Source: Akkermansiaceae bacterium (GTDB taxonomy: Bacteria; Verrucomicrobiota; Verrucomicrobiia; Verrucomicrobiales; Akkermansiaceae). From it: a stretch of DNA of 51,257 nt. Positions 29,984-38,983 of this stretch are shown here, in pieces. Under the pieces are notes generated by a model, which worked only from the letters and a program-made list of their open reading frames with translations, was not told where the DNA came from and made no database searches. The stretch spans positions 1 through 51,257 of the forward strand of contig JALOUA010000002.1 in NCBI GenBank assembly GCA_025457625.1, in the 5' to 3' direction. Position numbers and translations under genes: made by a program. Numbering within the stretch: position 1 is the first letter of the stretch; each line of letters begins with the position of its first letter.

Positions 29984-31486
29984 ATGTCTCCCATCACTTC
30001 CACCACCCACGATCAGGATGCGCTGTTGCGCGCGGGCATCGACCGCTCGCTGCGCCATCCGGTGATGTTTTTCCTGACCAGCGGGGCCGCCTGGCTTGCG
30101 GTTTCGATTTTCCTCGGGGTGATCGCCTCGGCCAAGGTGCACAGCCCCGGTTTCCTCTCATCCTGGTCGTTTCTGACTTATGGCAGGGTGTTTCCCGCCC
30201 ATCTCAACGCGCTGGTTTACGGCTGGGGCATGCAGGCCGCCTTCGCGATGATCATCTGGCTGATGGCGCGTCTCTCGCGCAAGGAGTGCACGATGGTCGG
30301 CACCATCCTCACCGCCGGGCACGTCTGGAACCTCGGAGTTTCGCTCGGTGTGATTGGCATTCTCACCGGTCATGGCACCGGCATGCCATGGATGGAGTTT
30401 CCTTCGTTCGCATGGCCGGTGCTGCTGGTGAGCTACTTCGCGATCATGATCGGTTCGTTCATCCAGTTCCGCGTGCGGCCCGAGGGGCATGTTTACATTT
30501 CGCAATGGTATCTGCTGGCCGCGATGCTCTGGTTTCCCTGGATCTTCATCACCGCCAACACGCTGCTCCACTGCGTTCCCGGCCATCCGCTGATGGGCGC
30601 GGGCATCAGCGCCTGGTTCCGCTCGGCGATGATTTTCCTGTTCTTCACGCCGGTCGCTCTCGGCACGGCCTATTATCTCGCGCCGAAGGTCACCGGCCGC
30701 CCGATCTACAGTTACGCCCTTGCGAAACTCGGGTTCTGGTCGCTGGCTGTGATCGCGCCCTGGGCGGGCATGCAGAAACTGGTTGGTGCGCCGATTCCCT
30801 ATTTCCTGCCCTACATCGGAGCTGCCGCCACCGCGCTGCTGTTCATCCCGGCCTGCGCCGCGGCCATCAACACGATCCGCACGATGCTCTCGAATCCGGA
30901 GACGCTCGCGGCAAGTCCGTCGCTGCGGTTCACCGTCGCCGGCATCTCCGGGCTGATCATTCTCGCCGTCGCCGCGGTGCTGCTCAACCTGCCCGGTTCG
31001 TCGCTGCGTCTCACCCAGTTCTCGCTCTCGGGTTACGGATTCGATATCCTCGCGCTCTACGGGTTTTTCTCTTTCGTGATGTTCGGCGCGACTTACTTCA
31101 TCGTGCCCCGCGTCACGCTGCGCGAGTGGTTGTCACGCCGGCTGATCAAGATGCACTTCCTGTTCTCGGTTTATGGCATCATCACCGTCGCGCTGGTGGC
31201 GCTGTTCGGCGGCGTGCTCCAAGGCGGCGGCCAGGAGGACTGGCAACAGCCATGGTCGGCTGCCGCCGCCTACGCCAAACCCTATGCCGTGGCCATCACC
31301 TTCTCATGGTGCCTGATCCTTTTTTCCAACATCTTCTTCTTCATGCACCTCGCCCTGATGTGGCTGCGCCTCGGCCGCCGCAGCACCCACCCCACGCTGT
31401 TGGTCCGCGGGCACGGCTCCGGCAGCCCGCACGGTGACGATGGCGATATCGACAATGCCGGCCCGGGCCACGTCCACGCCCACTGA
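29984..31486 (+). CDS. CcoN-like (cbb3 oxidase subunit I homologue), degenerate: most heme/CuB ligands absent
   Basis: About 12 TM. CcoN-like segments LTYGRVFPAHLN, YISQWY and YYLAPK..GRPIYSY.L...FW. WFRSA, WAGMQK and GYGFD stand where H, HH and HxH are expected. Confidence 0.85.
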   Translation: MSPITSTTHDQDALLRAGIDRSLRHPVMFFLTSGAAWLAVSIFLGVIASAKVHSPGFLSSWSFLTYGRVFPAHLNALVYGWGMQAAFAMIIWLMARLSRKECTMVGTILTAGHVWNLGVSLGVIGILTGHGTGMPWMEFPSFAWPVLLVSYFAIMIGSFIQFRVRPEGHVYISQWYLLAAMLWFPWIFITANTLLHCVPGHPLMGAGISAWFRSAMIFLFFTPVALGTAYYLAPKVTGRPIYSYALAKLGFWSLAVIAPWAGMQKLVGAPIPYFLPYIGAAATALLFIPACAAAINTIRTMLSNPETLAASPSLRFTVAGISGLIILAVAAVLLNLPGSSLRLTQFSLSGYGFDILALYGFFSFVMFGATYFIVPRVTLREWLSRRLIKMHFLFSVYGIITVALVALFGGVLQGGGQEDWQQPWSAAAAYAKPYAVAITFSWCLILFSNIFFFMHLALMWLRLGRRSTHPTLLVRGHGSGSPHGDDGDIDNAGPGHVHAH

Positions 31487-31492
31487 CATGGA

Positions 31493-31520
31493 ATTTCAAA
31501 TTTCAAATTTCAAATTTCAA
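31493..31520 (+). repeat. Perfect (ATTTCAA)4 tandem repeat (ccoN-like/ccoO-like junction)
   Basis: ATTTCAA x4 seen directly. Confidence 0.9.
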
Positions 31521-31531
31521 ATCCTTTCTCA

Positions 31532-32236
31532 ATGAGTTCACGCACCTTCATCACCGGCATCGCCGCCAGTTTCGGCATCGCATGGCTGGCCGTCATTGTG
31601 GTTCCGTATCTCAAGATGCGCGATCTCGCCCCTGCTCCCTTCAAGGAGTCCACATCCACCGCCGGCATTTTCATCCCTAAGCGCACGGGACGGATTGCCG
31701 ACGGGGCCAAGGTCTATGCCGAGAACGGCTGTTATCTTTGCCACACCCAGGTCGTGCGGCCCACCTATGCCGGCAACGACCTCTATCGCCCGGACTGGGG
31801 CGGACTGAAGGACGATGAAGCCCGCGGCGACACCCGGCGGGAAACCAACGCCTATGACTTCGACGGCGAGACATTCGCCCAGATCGGTGTCAGCCGGATG
31901 GGGCCGGACCTCTCCAACCTCGGTCGTCGCCTCGATGCCCTCCAAGCCAAGGGGGTCGATCCCGAGCAATGGCTCTTCCTCCATCTTTACAACCCGCGAC
32001 TCAACGCGGAACGCTGGAACTCCAACTGCCCGCCGCATCCCTTCCTCTTCAGGAAGCGCGAGATCAAGGGCGCCCCGTCCGCCAGCGCGCTGCCCGTCGC
32101 TGCGGCCGATGGCTTCGAAGTGGTGCCCGGATCCGATGCCCGGGCGCTCGTTTCCTACCTGCTTTCGCTCAAGAAGGATCAGCCGGTGCCGGCATCCCTC
32201 GACTTTTCTCCGCCGAAAAACGACGGCGGCAGTTGA
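31532..32236 (+). CDS. CcoO-like cytochrome c (cbb3 subunit II homologue)
   Basis: N-terminal TM. G..VY..NGCYLCHTQVVRP, G..RMGPDLSNLG, W...HLYNPR and ALVSYL.SL. Confidence 0.85.
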   Translation: MSSRTFITGIAASFGIAWLAVIVVPYLKMRDLAPAPFKESTSTAGIFIPKRTGRIADGAKVYAENGCYLCHTQVVRPTYAGNDLYRPDWGGLKDDEARGDTRRETNAYDFDGETFAQIGVSRMGPDLSNLGRRLDALQAKGVDPEQWLFLHLYNPRLNAERWNSNCPPHPFLFRKREIKGAPSASALPVAAADGFEVVPGSDARALVSYLLSLKKDQPVPASLDFSPPKNDGGS

Positions 32237-32265
32237 ATTTCCAACCTTACCATCCACTTTCCGAC

Positions 32266-33045
32266 ATGTCTTCGCCCAACCCGAAACCCGACCTCGAGGA
32301 TTCGATCAACGTGAGCCAGGCCCACGACCGTCTGGTACGTGAAGCCGCCGCCTGCGCGCGTGAAAAAAGAATCACCGACAACGGTTCGGAGCCCATCTCC
32401 CTCTGGTTGATCGGTGTCTGCGGGATCGTTTTCCTCATCGCCGGCGGAATCCTCGGCAGTGCCGGGGATCTGTTCAACTACGGGGCGGTTTTCCGCGAGG
32501 GATATGTGCGCACCCCGCCGCCGGGTGTCGAGGAAACGGGACCGGTGCCCAAGGAAGCCCTCGCCGCATTCATGACACGGGGCGCCAAGATTTATTCGGT
32601 GAAGTGCAACGGCTGCCATGGCCCGGACGCCAAAGGCGATGGTGCCAACTTCCCCTCACTGGCGGGTTCCGCCTGGGTGAAAGGTGAAACGGATCGCCTG
32701 GCGATGATCATCCTCAATGGTCTCGTCGGCCCGATCAGCACCGGCAAAACCTACGGCGGGGCAGGGGGCATGGCCGCGCAAGGCACCGGTCTGAGCCCGG
32801 AGGACCTCGCGGGCATCATGACCTACGTCCGCAACAATTTCGGCAACTCCACCGGCGATGTCGTCACCGTGGAAATGGCCAAGGCCGCGATGGAAATCTC
32901 CGCCGCACGCGCCAAGGCCGGCCAACAACTCACCGCCGAGGAACTGAACGCCGAGCATCTCAAGAACCTGCCCGGCGAACCGCTGGACCCCAAATCCCTG
33001 GTCGATCCGCTGACCCTCAAGCCTGTCGCCGCCGCCGCTCCCTGA
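32266..33045 (+). CDS. Membrane-anchored mono-heme cytochrome c (occupies ccoP position)
   Basis: E...P.W + TM, then CNGCHG....G....FPSLAGS.WV...GGM...MTYVRNNFGN. Paralogous to 29213-29968. Confidence 0.88.
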   Translation: MSSPNPKPDLEDSINVSQAHDRLVREAAACAREKRITDNGSEPISLWLIGVCGIVFLIAGGILGSAGDLFNYGAVFREGYVRTPPPGVEETGPVPKEALAAFMTRGAKIYSVKCNGCHGPDAKGDGANFPSLAGSAWVKGETDRLAMIILNGLVGPISTGKTYGGAGGMAAQGTGLSPEDLAGIMTYVRNNFGNSTGDVVTVEMAKAAMEISAARAKAGQQLTAEELNAEHLKNLPGEPLDPKSLVDPLTLKPVAAAAP

Positions 33046-33208
33046 CGACGCGGTTCCCCGCACTTCATCCACAAGCAACGATTTCACGCCACACCCGCAT
33101 CCGTTTTACCGAATCTTTCAGAATGATCCTCGATTGGAAAATCCGACAACGCATTTTTTGCTATTCGCTTTCCAACTTTTGGATTAACCAACGCCGCCCG
33201 CCGGAACC

Positions 33209-35053
33209 ATGAGCGCCCACGCCACCTCTCACGACGATCATCACCACGATCCCGGATTCATCCGGAAGTATGTCTTTTCCACCGACCACAAGATGATCGG
33301 CATCCAGTATGGAATCACCGCCATGCTGTTCCTGGCGTTCGGATTCTATCTGATGATGGTGATGCGCTGGAGCATCGCCTATCCGCACCAGCCGCTGCCG
33401 GAGTGGATGAGCTGGATTTTCACGGACAACTGGAAGGCCCGCTGGCTGCAGGACGGCAAGGTGACCGGCGAGACCTACAACATGTTCGGCGCGATGCACG
33501 GCACGATCATGGTCTTCCTCGGGATCGTGCCGCTGGGCTTCGGCGCCTTCGGCAACTATGTCACGCCCTTGCAGATCGGCGCGCCGGACATGGCCTTCCC
33601 GCGCCTCAACATGGCGTCCTATTGGACCTATCTGCTCGGCGGCCTCGTGATGTGCGCCTCGTTCTTCATGGAATCCGGCGCGGCCAAGTCCGGCTGGACG
33701 AACTATTCGCCGCTCGCCGGTTTCGCCGACGGGCAGATCGTCAACCAGTGGCTCGCGGGTCAGACGCAGTGGCTCATCGGCCTCGTGCTCCTCATCACCT
33801 CGTCGCTGCTCGGTTCGGTGAATTTCATCACCACCATCATCAACCTGCGCGCGCGCGGCATGACCTGGATGCGCATGCCGTTCTTCGTATGGGCCATGCT
33901 GGTCACCGGTTTCCTGCTGCTGCTCGCCTTCCCGCCGCTTGAAGCCGCCGGCATCATGCAGTTGGCGGACCGGGTGTTCCATTCGTCCTTCTTCATGCCC
34001 TCCGGCCTGTTCACCAAGAGCGAGGGCCTCGCGGATCTCTCCGGCGGCGGCTCGCCATTGCTCTTCCAGCACCTTTTCTGGTTCCTTGGCCACCCCGAGG
34101 TGTATGTGCTGCTGCTGCCCGCCTTCGCCTGCGTCGCGGAGATCATCCCCGCCAACACGCGCAAACCGCTGTGGGGCTACAAGTCGATGGTTTACTCGGT
34201 GCTCGTGCTCGGATTCCTGTCCTTCATCGTCTGGGCCCACCACATGTACATGACCGGCATGGGCGCCGCCGTCTCGACCTTCTTCCAGACGACCACCGTG
34301 CTGATCTCCGTGCCTTCGGTGGTCATCATCACCTCCATGCTCATCTCGCTGTGGGGTGGGGCGATCCGTTTCTCCCCGCCCATGCTCTGGGCCTGCGCGT
34401 TCATTCCGATGTTCGGCATCGGCGGCCTTACCGGACTGCCGCTCGCCTTCAACCTGGCCGACCTCCACCTGCACGACACGTATTACGTGATCGGTCATTT
34501 CCATTATGTTGTGGCTCCCGGCATCCTTTTCGGTTTGTTCGCCGGCGTGCTTCATTGGTATCCCAAAATCACCGGCCGCTACATGAGTTCCTGGCTCAAC
34601 CACCTGCACTTCTGGCCCAGCCTGGTCTGCATGAACATCATCTTCTTCCCGATGCTCCTGCAGGGCATGGCCGGCTTCCACCGCCGCTGGTACAACGGCG
34701 GCGACGCCTACCTCGCCAAGGCCGCCGACAGCACCAACGTCTTCGGCCAGACCGTGGCCCAGCACATCGACATGAACATCTGGATGTCGATGGGCGCATG
34801 GACGCTCGCGCTCGCGCAGATTCCCTTCATCATCAATCTTTTCATCTCCTGGAAAACCGGCAGGAAGGTCGAGAGCGACAATCCATGGAACGCCACGACC
34901 CTCGAATGGGCGACGCCGACGCCTCCGGGCCATGGCAACTTCACCTTCGATGTTGCGGTTTACCGCGGCCCGTATGAATACAGCCGTCCGAACCGCAAGG
35001 AGGATTTCCACCCGCAGTGGGAAACTCCCGACAACTCCAAATCCGATCACTGA
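33209..35053 (+). CDS. coxA: Cytochrome c oxidase subunit I, type A1
   Basis: STDHK.IG (D-channel), MHGTIMVF, APDMAFPRLN, FWFLGHPEVY, WAHHMY and YVIGHFHYV. All six His ligands and the cross-link Tyr are present. Confidence 0.97.
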   Translation: MSAHATSHDDHHHDPGFIRKYVFSTDHKMIGIQYGITAMLFLAFGFYLMMVMRWSIAYPHQPLPEWMSWIFTDNWKARWLQDGKVTGETYNMFGAMHGTIMVFLGIVPLGFGAFGNYVTPLQIGAPDMAFPRLNMASYWTYLLGGLVMCASFFMESGAAKSGWTNYSPLAGFADGQIVNQWLAGQTQWLIGLVLLITSSLLGSVNFITTIINLRARGMTWMRMPFFVWAMLVTGFLLLLAFPPLEAAGIMQLADRVFHSSFFMPSGLFTKSEGLADLSGGGSPLLFQHLFWFLGHPEVYVLLLPAFACVAEIIPANTRKPLWGYKSMVYSVLVLGFLSFIVWAHHMYMTGMGAAVSTFFQTTTVLISVPSVVIITSMLISLWGGAIRFSPPMLWACAFIPMFGIGGLTGLPLAFNLADLHLHDTYYVIGHFHYVVAPGILFGLFAGVLHWYPKITGRYMSSWLNHLHFWPSLVCMNIIFFPMLLQGMAGFHRRWYNGGDAYLAKAADSTNVFGQTVAQHIDMNIWMSMGAWTLALAQIPFIINLFISWKTGRKVESDNPWNATTLEWATPTPPGHGNFTFDVAVYRGPYEYSRPNRKEDFHPQWETPDNSKSDH

Positions 35054-35100
35054 GTTCGGTTTTCCGAAACTGAAAACCGGCACCCGGCACCCTTTTTACA

Positions 35101-36726
35101 ATGGAAATCCCCTACATCGTCACTCCCCGCAAGGACACGGGTTTGTTCAACTCGAAGATCGCCATCTGGTTGTTCCTCGCTTCCGAAGTCATGCTCTTCG
35201 GCGGGTTTTTCTCGGCCTATGTTTTCCTGCGGCTAGGTGCCGACTACCCGTGGCCCGAGCGCACGCTGCCGGTGCTGCCCGGCCTGATCAACACCTTCGT
35301 GCTGATCGGCTCGTCGGTCACCGTGGTCTTCGCCTGGGCCTCGCTCAAGATGCGCAAATGGCGGCATTTCCAGATCTACATGGGCATCACCATCACCTGC
35401 GCCCTGCTCTTCATGGTCCTGAAGGCGGTGGAATACAACGTGAAGTTCCATCACCAGGCGGTGCGGCTCACCGATTACACGGTCGTCGAGGGTCACCTGG
35501 GCTATGAAAAGGAGAATGGCGAGTATGTGCTCGACCACCACGGCAGGAAGATCGAGGAGAACATGATCCAGATCGAAGCCAGCGGTCTCACCTTCAGCAC
35601 CGTGCGCCATCACAAGCCATGGGTGGAGGAGTTGATCACCCAGGCGGAACACCGCAAGTCGGAGATCAAACTGGCCGCCGACGTCAAGGGCCGCACCGAG
35701 GAGGGCGGCAGGGATGATGTGGTCATCGCCAAAGCCGGCGAACCGCTGTCCCTCGCACTATTGGCCAAAATCCGTGAAGCCCACCTCGATGCCCGCGCGC
35801 ACAACGGCGCGTTGCGCACGGCCGGACTGCGCTCGGAATGGAAGAAGGCCAAGACCGAAAACCCCGGCAAACGCGGATGGGAACTCGCATCGGCCGTGAA
35901 CGTCGATGTCAAGGCCCTCGATGAAGCCAAAAAACTCCTCACCGAGTTCAGCACGGTCTCTTTCAAAGTCGATCCTCCCGCGCGTTTCGACTTCAAGCCG
36001 CGCGACGTTCGGGAGGGCGCCACCCAGTCCCGCCTGCGCGACGACACCGTGATCGACGGCAAACTGCTCCCCAGCCCGATGGTTTTCCATTATGTGGATG
36101 CAATCGACTTCCGCCACCTCGCCATGAAGGCGGTGGAGAAGGGCCAGGACCCGATCGATGCGGTGGAAAACTCGTGGCTCGTTCAAAACCACGCCTTCGC
36201 CCGCGAGGCATGGGAGTGGAACAAGGCGCAGGTTGCCAAACTGGAGGCGGCTCTTCTCAAGGACTACGGCGTCGATCAGGAGACCGGCAAGCCCAAGCGC
36301 GAACCCACCGCCAAGGAGCGCTACCGCATCGACTGGAAGGACTTCGTGGCCAAGAGCGACGGCGTGGACCGCGGCAAGGGTGCAATCGCCGTCAAGGAGG
36401 AGTTCATGGGTCCCGACTACAAGGGCCGCGAGGCCAAGGAGACGTTCCCGGAACATTTCTCACTGCCGCGCGAGCAGGTGCGCTTCGCCTCCAAGTTCAC
36501 GCCGGCCTGGAACACCTATTACGCCATCTATTTCGCCATCACCGGACTTCACGGCCTGCACGTCATCGGCGGCGCGCTGGTGCTCGCCTACTACCTTTTC
36601 TTCGGCCGCAAAATGTATGACAGCAATCCCGAATGGCTTGCCAACCGCGTTGAAGTGGGCGGGCTGTTCTGGCACTTCGTGGACCTCGTCTGGATCTTCG
36701 TCTTCCCGATCTTCTACCTGATGTGA
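35101..36726 (+). CDS. coxC: Cytochrome c oxidase subunit III with large soluble insertion
   Basis: WLFLASEVMLFGGFF, NT.VL..SS.T, YF..TGLHGLHV.GG and GLFWHFVDLVW. About 345 hydrophilic aa inserted after the third helix. Confidence 0.92.
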   Translation: MEIPYIVTPRKDTGLFNSKIAIWLFLASEVMLFGGFFSAYVFLRLGADYPWPERTLPVLPGLINTFVLIGSSVTVVFAWASLKMRKWRHFQIYMGITITCALLFMVLKAVEYNVKFHHQAVRLTDYTVVEGHLGYEKENGEYVLDHHGRKIEENMIQIEASGLTFSTVRHHKPWVEELITQAEHRKSEIKLAADVKGRTEEGGRDDVVIAKAGEPLSLALLAKIREAHLDARAHNGALRTAGLRSEWKKAKTENPGKRGWELASAVNVDVKALDEAKKLLTEFSTVSFKVDPPARFDFKPRDVREGATQSRLRDDTVIDGKLLPSPMVFHYVDAIDFRHLAMKAVEKGQDPIDAVENSWLVQNHAFAREAWEWNKAQVAKLEAALLKDYGVDQETGKPKREPTAKERYRIDWKDFVAKSDGVDRGKGAIAVKEEFMGPDYKGREAKETFPEHFSLPREQVRFASKFTPAWNTYYAIYFAITGLHGLHVIGGALVLAYYLFFGRKMYDSNPEWLANRVEVGGLFWHFVDLVWIFVFPIFYLM

Positions 36727-36734
36727 GACCGGAC

Positions 36735-36769
36735 GTTTCAAAGCCCGAATTTCAAATCTCAAATTCAAA
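36735..36769 (+). repeat. 7-bp degenerate tandem repeat (coxC/subunit IV junction)
   Basis: GTTTCAA AGCCCGA ATTTCAA ATCTCAA ATTCAAA. Confidence 0.7.
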
Positions 36770-36780
36770 ACCACACGCCC

Positions 36781-37161
36781 ATGGCTGACACACCTGAAGC
36801 TATCCGCAAATCCATCCGCACCTACCTGTTGATTGGTGGCATCCTTTTCGCCGGCACCATCATCACCGTCATGGTGGCCACGGTCCCGGCGCTGGACATC
36901 GGTCATCACGGTTTCGACGTCTGGGACGCCATACTGGGCCTTGCGATCGCCGCCACCAAGGCTACCCTCGTGGCAGCCGTGTTCATGCACCTCAATCATG
37001 AGAAAAAGACGGTTTACTGGATCTTCGGTTCCGGACTGTTTTTCGTGTTCTGGCTGTTCGCGCTGATCGGCCTGGCCAAGAAGGATCCGATCCACGACCC
37101 GTTTTTCTTCGGCAGCAAGTCCACCACTCCGGCGCACATGACCACTCCCACCCGCCGCTGA
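36781..37161 (+). CDS. Cytochrome c oxidase subunit IV (CtaF/CyoD family)
   Basis: Three TM segments and the IA..KA.LV...FMHL motif. Confidence 0.88.
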   Translation: MADTPEAIRKSIRTYLLIGGILFAGTIITVMVATVPALDIGHHGFDVWDAILGLAIAATKATLVAAVFMHLNHEKKTVYWIFGSGLFFVFWLFALIGLAKKDPIHDPFFFGSKSTTPAHMTTPTRR

Positions 37162-37173
37162 TTCCCATCCGCC

Positions 37174-37374
37174 ATGTCACTCAAGGGCTTCCACATCGTT
37201 TTCATGAGCGTCAGCCTGCTGCTGTTCGTTTTCCTCATCGTGTGGGGATTCCTTCTCGCGCCGGAAAAATCCGCCTACGCCACCGTCACCGGAGTCTCGG
37301 GCATCATCGGCACCCTGCTGGTGCCGGTTTACGGCTCGTATTTCCTGCGCAAGGCGCGCCGCATCCATCTCTAA
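37174..37374 (+). CDS. Small two-TM membrane protein in oxidase operon
   Basis: 66 aa, MSLK.FH..F start, two hydrophobic helices, tight operon spacing. Confidence 0.75.
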   Translation: MSLKGFHIVFMSVSLLLFVFLIVWGFLLAPEKSAYATVTGVSGIIGTLLVPVYGSYFLRKARRIHL

Positions 37375-37387
37375 CCCCATCCAAGCC

Positions 37388-37603
37388 ATGATCCATCCGC
37401 TTTCACTTTTCGCCTGTTCCACCTGCCGTGTGTCGATGATCGAGGGCGGCGGCGACGCCGCCGGCTGGTCGATCTTCTTCCTGCTGGTGGTCATCCTCGC
37501 GATACTCGGCGGCATCGCCTTCTTCATGTTCCGCATCGCCCGTCGCGAGCGTGAATTTTTCGACCCGTCCCTCTCCGACGACTACCAACCCACGGATTCC
37601 TGA
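37388..37603 (+). CDS. Small membrane protein with N-terminal CxxC in oxidase operon
   Basis: 71 aa, ACSTC followed by one TM, tight operon spacing. Confidence 0.75.
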   Translation: MIHPLSLFACSTCRVSMIEGGGDAAGWSIFFLLVVILAILGGIAFFMFRIARREREFFDPSLSDDYQPTDS

Positions 37604-37618
37604 TCTGCAATCACCGCC

Positions 37619-38383
37619 ATGAGCCCCATCAAACTCCTCGGTATCCCGGAAAACTACGCCGCGCACGGCAGCCAGGTGGACCACATGCTTGATGTCGTTC
37701 ACTGGTTCATGCTGGTGCTCTTCGTCGGCTGGACGCTCTTTTTCTTCTATTGCATCTTCCGTTTCTGGCACCGCAGGCACCCCAAGGCGGCCTATGACGG
37801 TGTGAAAAGCCACCTGTCCAGCCACTTGGAAGTGGGCGTGATCATCGTCGAGGCGGTGCTGCTGCTGGGTTTCGCCTTCCCGCTGTGGGCCGAGCGTGTC
37901 GATAGCTGGAAGGAAGTCCAGAAACTCGATCCGGTGCGCGTCCGCGTGATCGGCTGGCAGTTCGGCTGGACCTATCATTACCCCGGAGCCGATGGCAAAT
38001 TCGGCCGTGTCCAACCCGGGCTCATGTCCGGAACCAACGATCTCGGAATCGATTTCGAGGATCCCAACGCATGGGACGACTTCACCAGTCCGATCCTCAA
38101 GCTGCCGGTCAACCGCCCTGCGGTGCTCAACATCGGCAGCAAGGACGTCATTCACAACTATCACATCGTGCCGATGCGCATCCAGCAGGATGCCATTCCC
38201 GGCCGTGAGATTCCGATGTGGTTCACACCGGTCAAGACGATGGAGACCTTCGTCGTCTGCGGCCAGCTCTGCGGCGAGGGCCACGCCAACATGATCGGCA
38301 CCATGGAAGTGGTCGCCGCCGGGGACTTTCAGTCGTGGTTCGACGGCAATACTGATGCCGCACTCAAGGCGAATAAGAAATGA
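37619..38383 (+). CDS. coxB: Cytochrome c oxidase subunit II (CuA), without fused cytochrome c
   Basis: Two TM segments, WQFGW...YPG, SKDVIH, QDAIPG and CGQLCGEGHANM. Confidence 0.95.
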   Translation: MSPIKLLGIPENYAAHGSQVDHMLDVVHWFMLVLFVGWTLFFFYCIFRFWHRRHPKAAYDGVKSHLSSHLEVGVIIVEAVLLLGFAFPLWAERVDSWKEVQKLDPVRVRVIGWQFGWTYHYPGADGKFGRVQPGLMSGTNDLGIDFEDPNAWDDFTSPILKLPVNRPAVLNIGSKDVIHNYHIVPMRIQQDAIPGREIPMWFTPVKTMETFVVCGQLCGEGHANMIGTMEVVAAGDFQSWFDGNTDAALKANKK

Positions 38384-38392
38384 AGGCATGCC

Positions 38393-38983
38393 TCAGGGCT
38401 TGCAGGCGAGCATGAGGAACGGCGAGGGTTTGTGCGTGCCGCACATCTTATAGGCGGCCACGCGCCAGCCAACTTCTGTCAGAGATGTGACTTTGTCTTC
38501 GACCGCCTCCGCTTCGCCCGCACCCGCCGCATGGCCGGGATAACACACAATGCTGAGCAAGCCGCCGGGTTTCAGCACTTCCACCGCTTCTTCGATCGCG
38601 ATCAGGGTTTGCGGACTTTCTGTGGCGATGGCATGATCGCCGCCGGGCAGGTAGCCGAGGTTGAACATCACCGCCGCCACCGTGCCGGGTGAGGCATGGG
38701 CGGGGATGTTTGTGTGCGACTCCTGATGGAATTCCACGCGCTCCGCGAATCCGCAAGCACTCACATGCCTGCGCGCCTGGTCGATCGCGTCCGGCTGGAT
38801 GTCGAAGGCGATGACGCGGCCGCTTGCTCCCACGCATTCCGCGAGAAACGCGCTGTCATGGCCGTTGCCGGCAGTCGCATCAATGGCGAGATCGCCTTCG
38901 CGGAGCACTTCCTTGACGAGCATCCAAGCGAGTCGTGTCGGACGCGGCGGAGTAAGACTGGAATTTGAACCACAAATGGACAC
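38393..38983 (-). CDS. YtqB/MnmM-like class I SAM methyltransferase
   Basis: IDATAGNGHD..FLA, AFDIQ..A, MFNLGYLPGGD and YPGH..G..E. Start uncertain. Confidence 0.85.
   Translation of the reverse strand: MSICGSNSSLTPPRPTRLAWMLVKEVLREGDLAIDATAGNGHDSAFLAECVGASGRVIAFDIQPDAIDQARRHVSACGFAERVEFHQESHTNIPAHASPGTVAAVMFNLGYLPGGDHAIATESPQTLIAIEEAVEVLKPGGLLSIVCYPGHAAGAGEAEAVEDKVTSLTEVGWRVAAYKMCGTHKPSPFLMLACKP

Noticed and set aside
29984-31486. Functional cbb3 oxidase or nitric-oxide reductase (tempting given nnrS in the window)
   Set aside because: The CuB/FeB and high-spin heme His ligands are absent, so neither activity is supportable.
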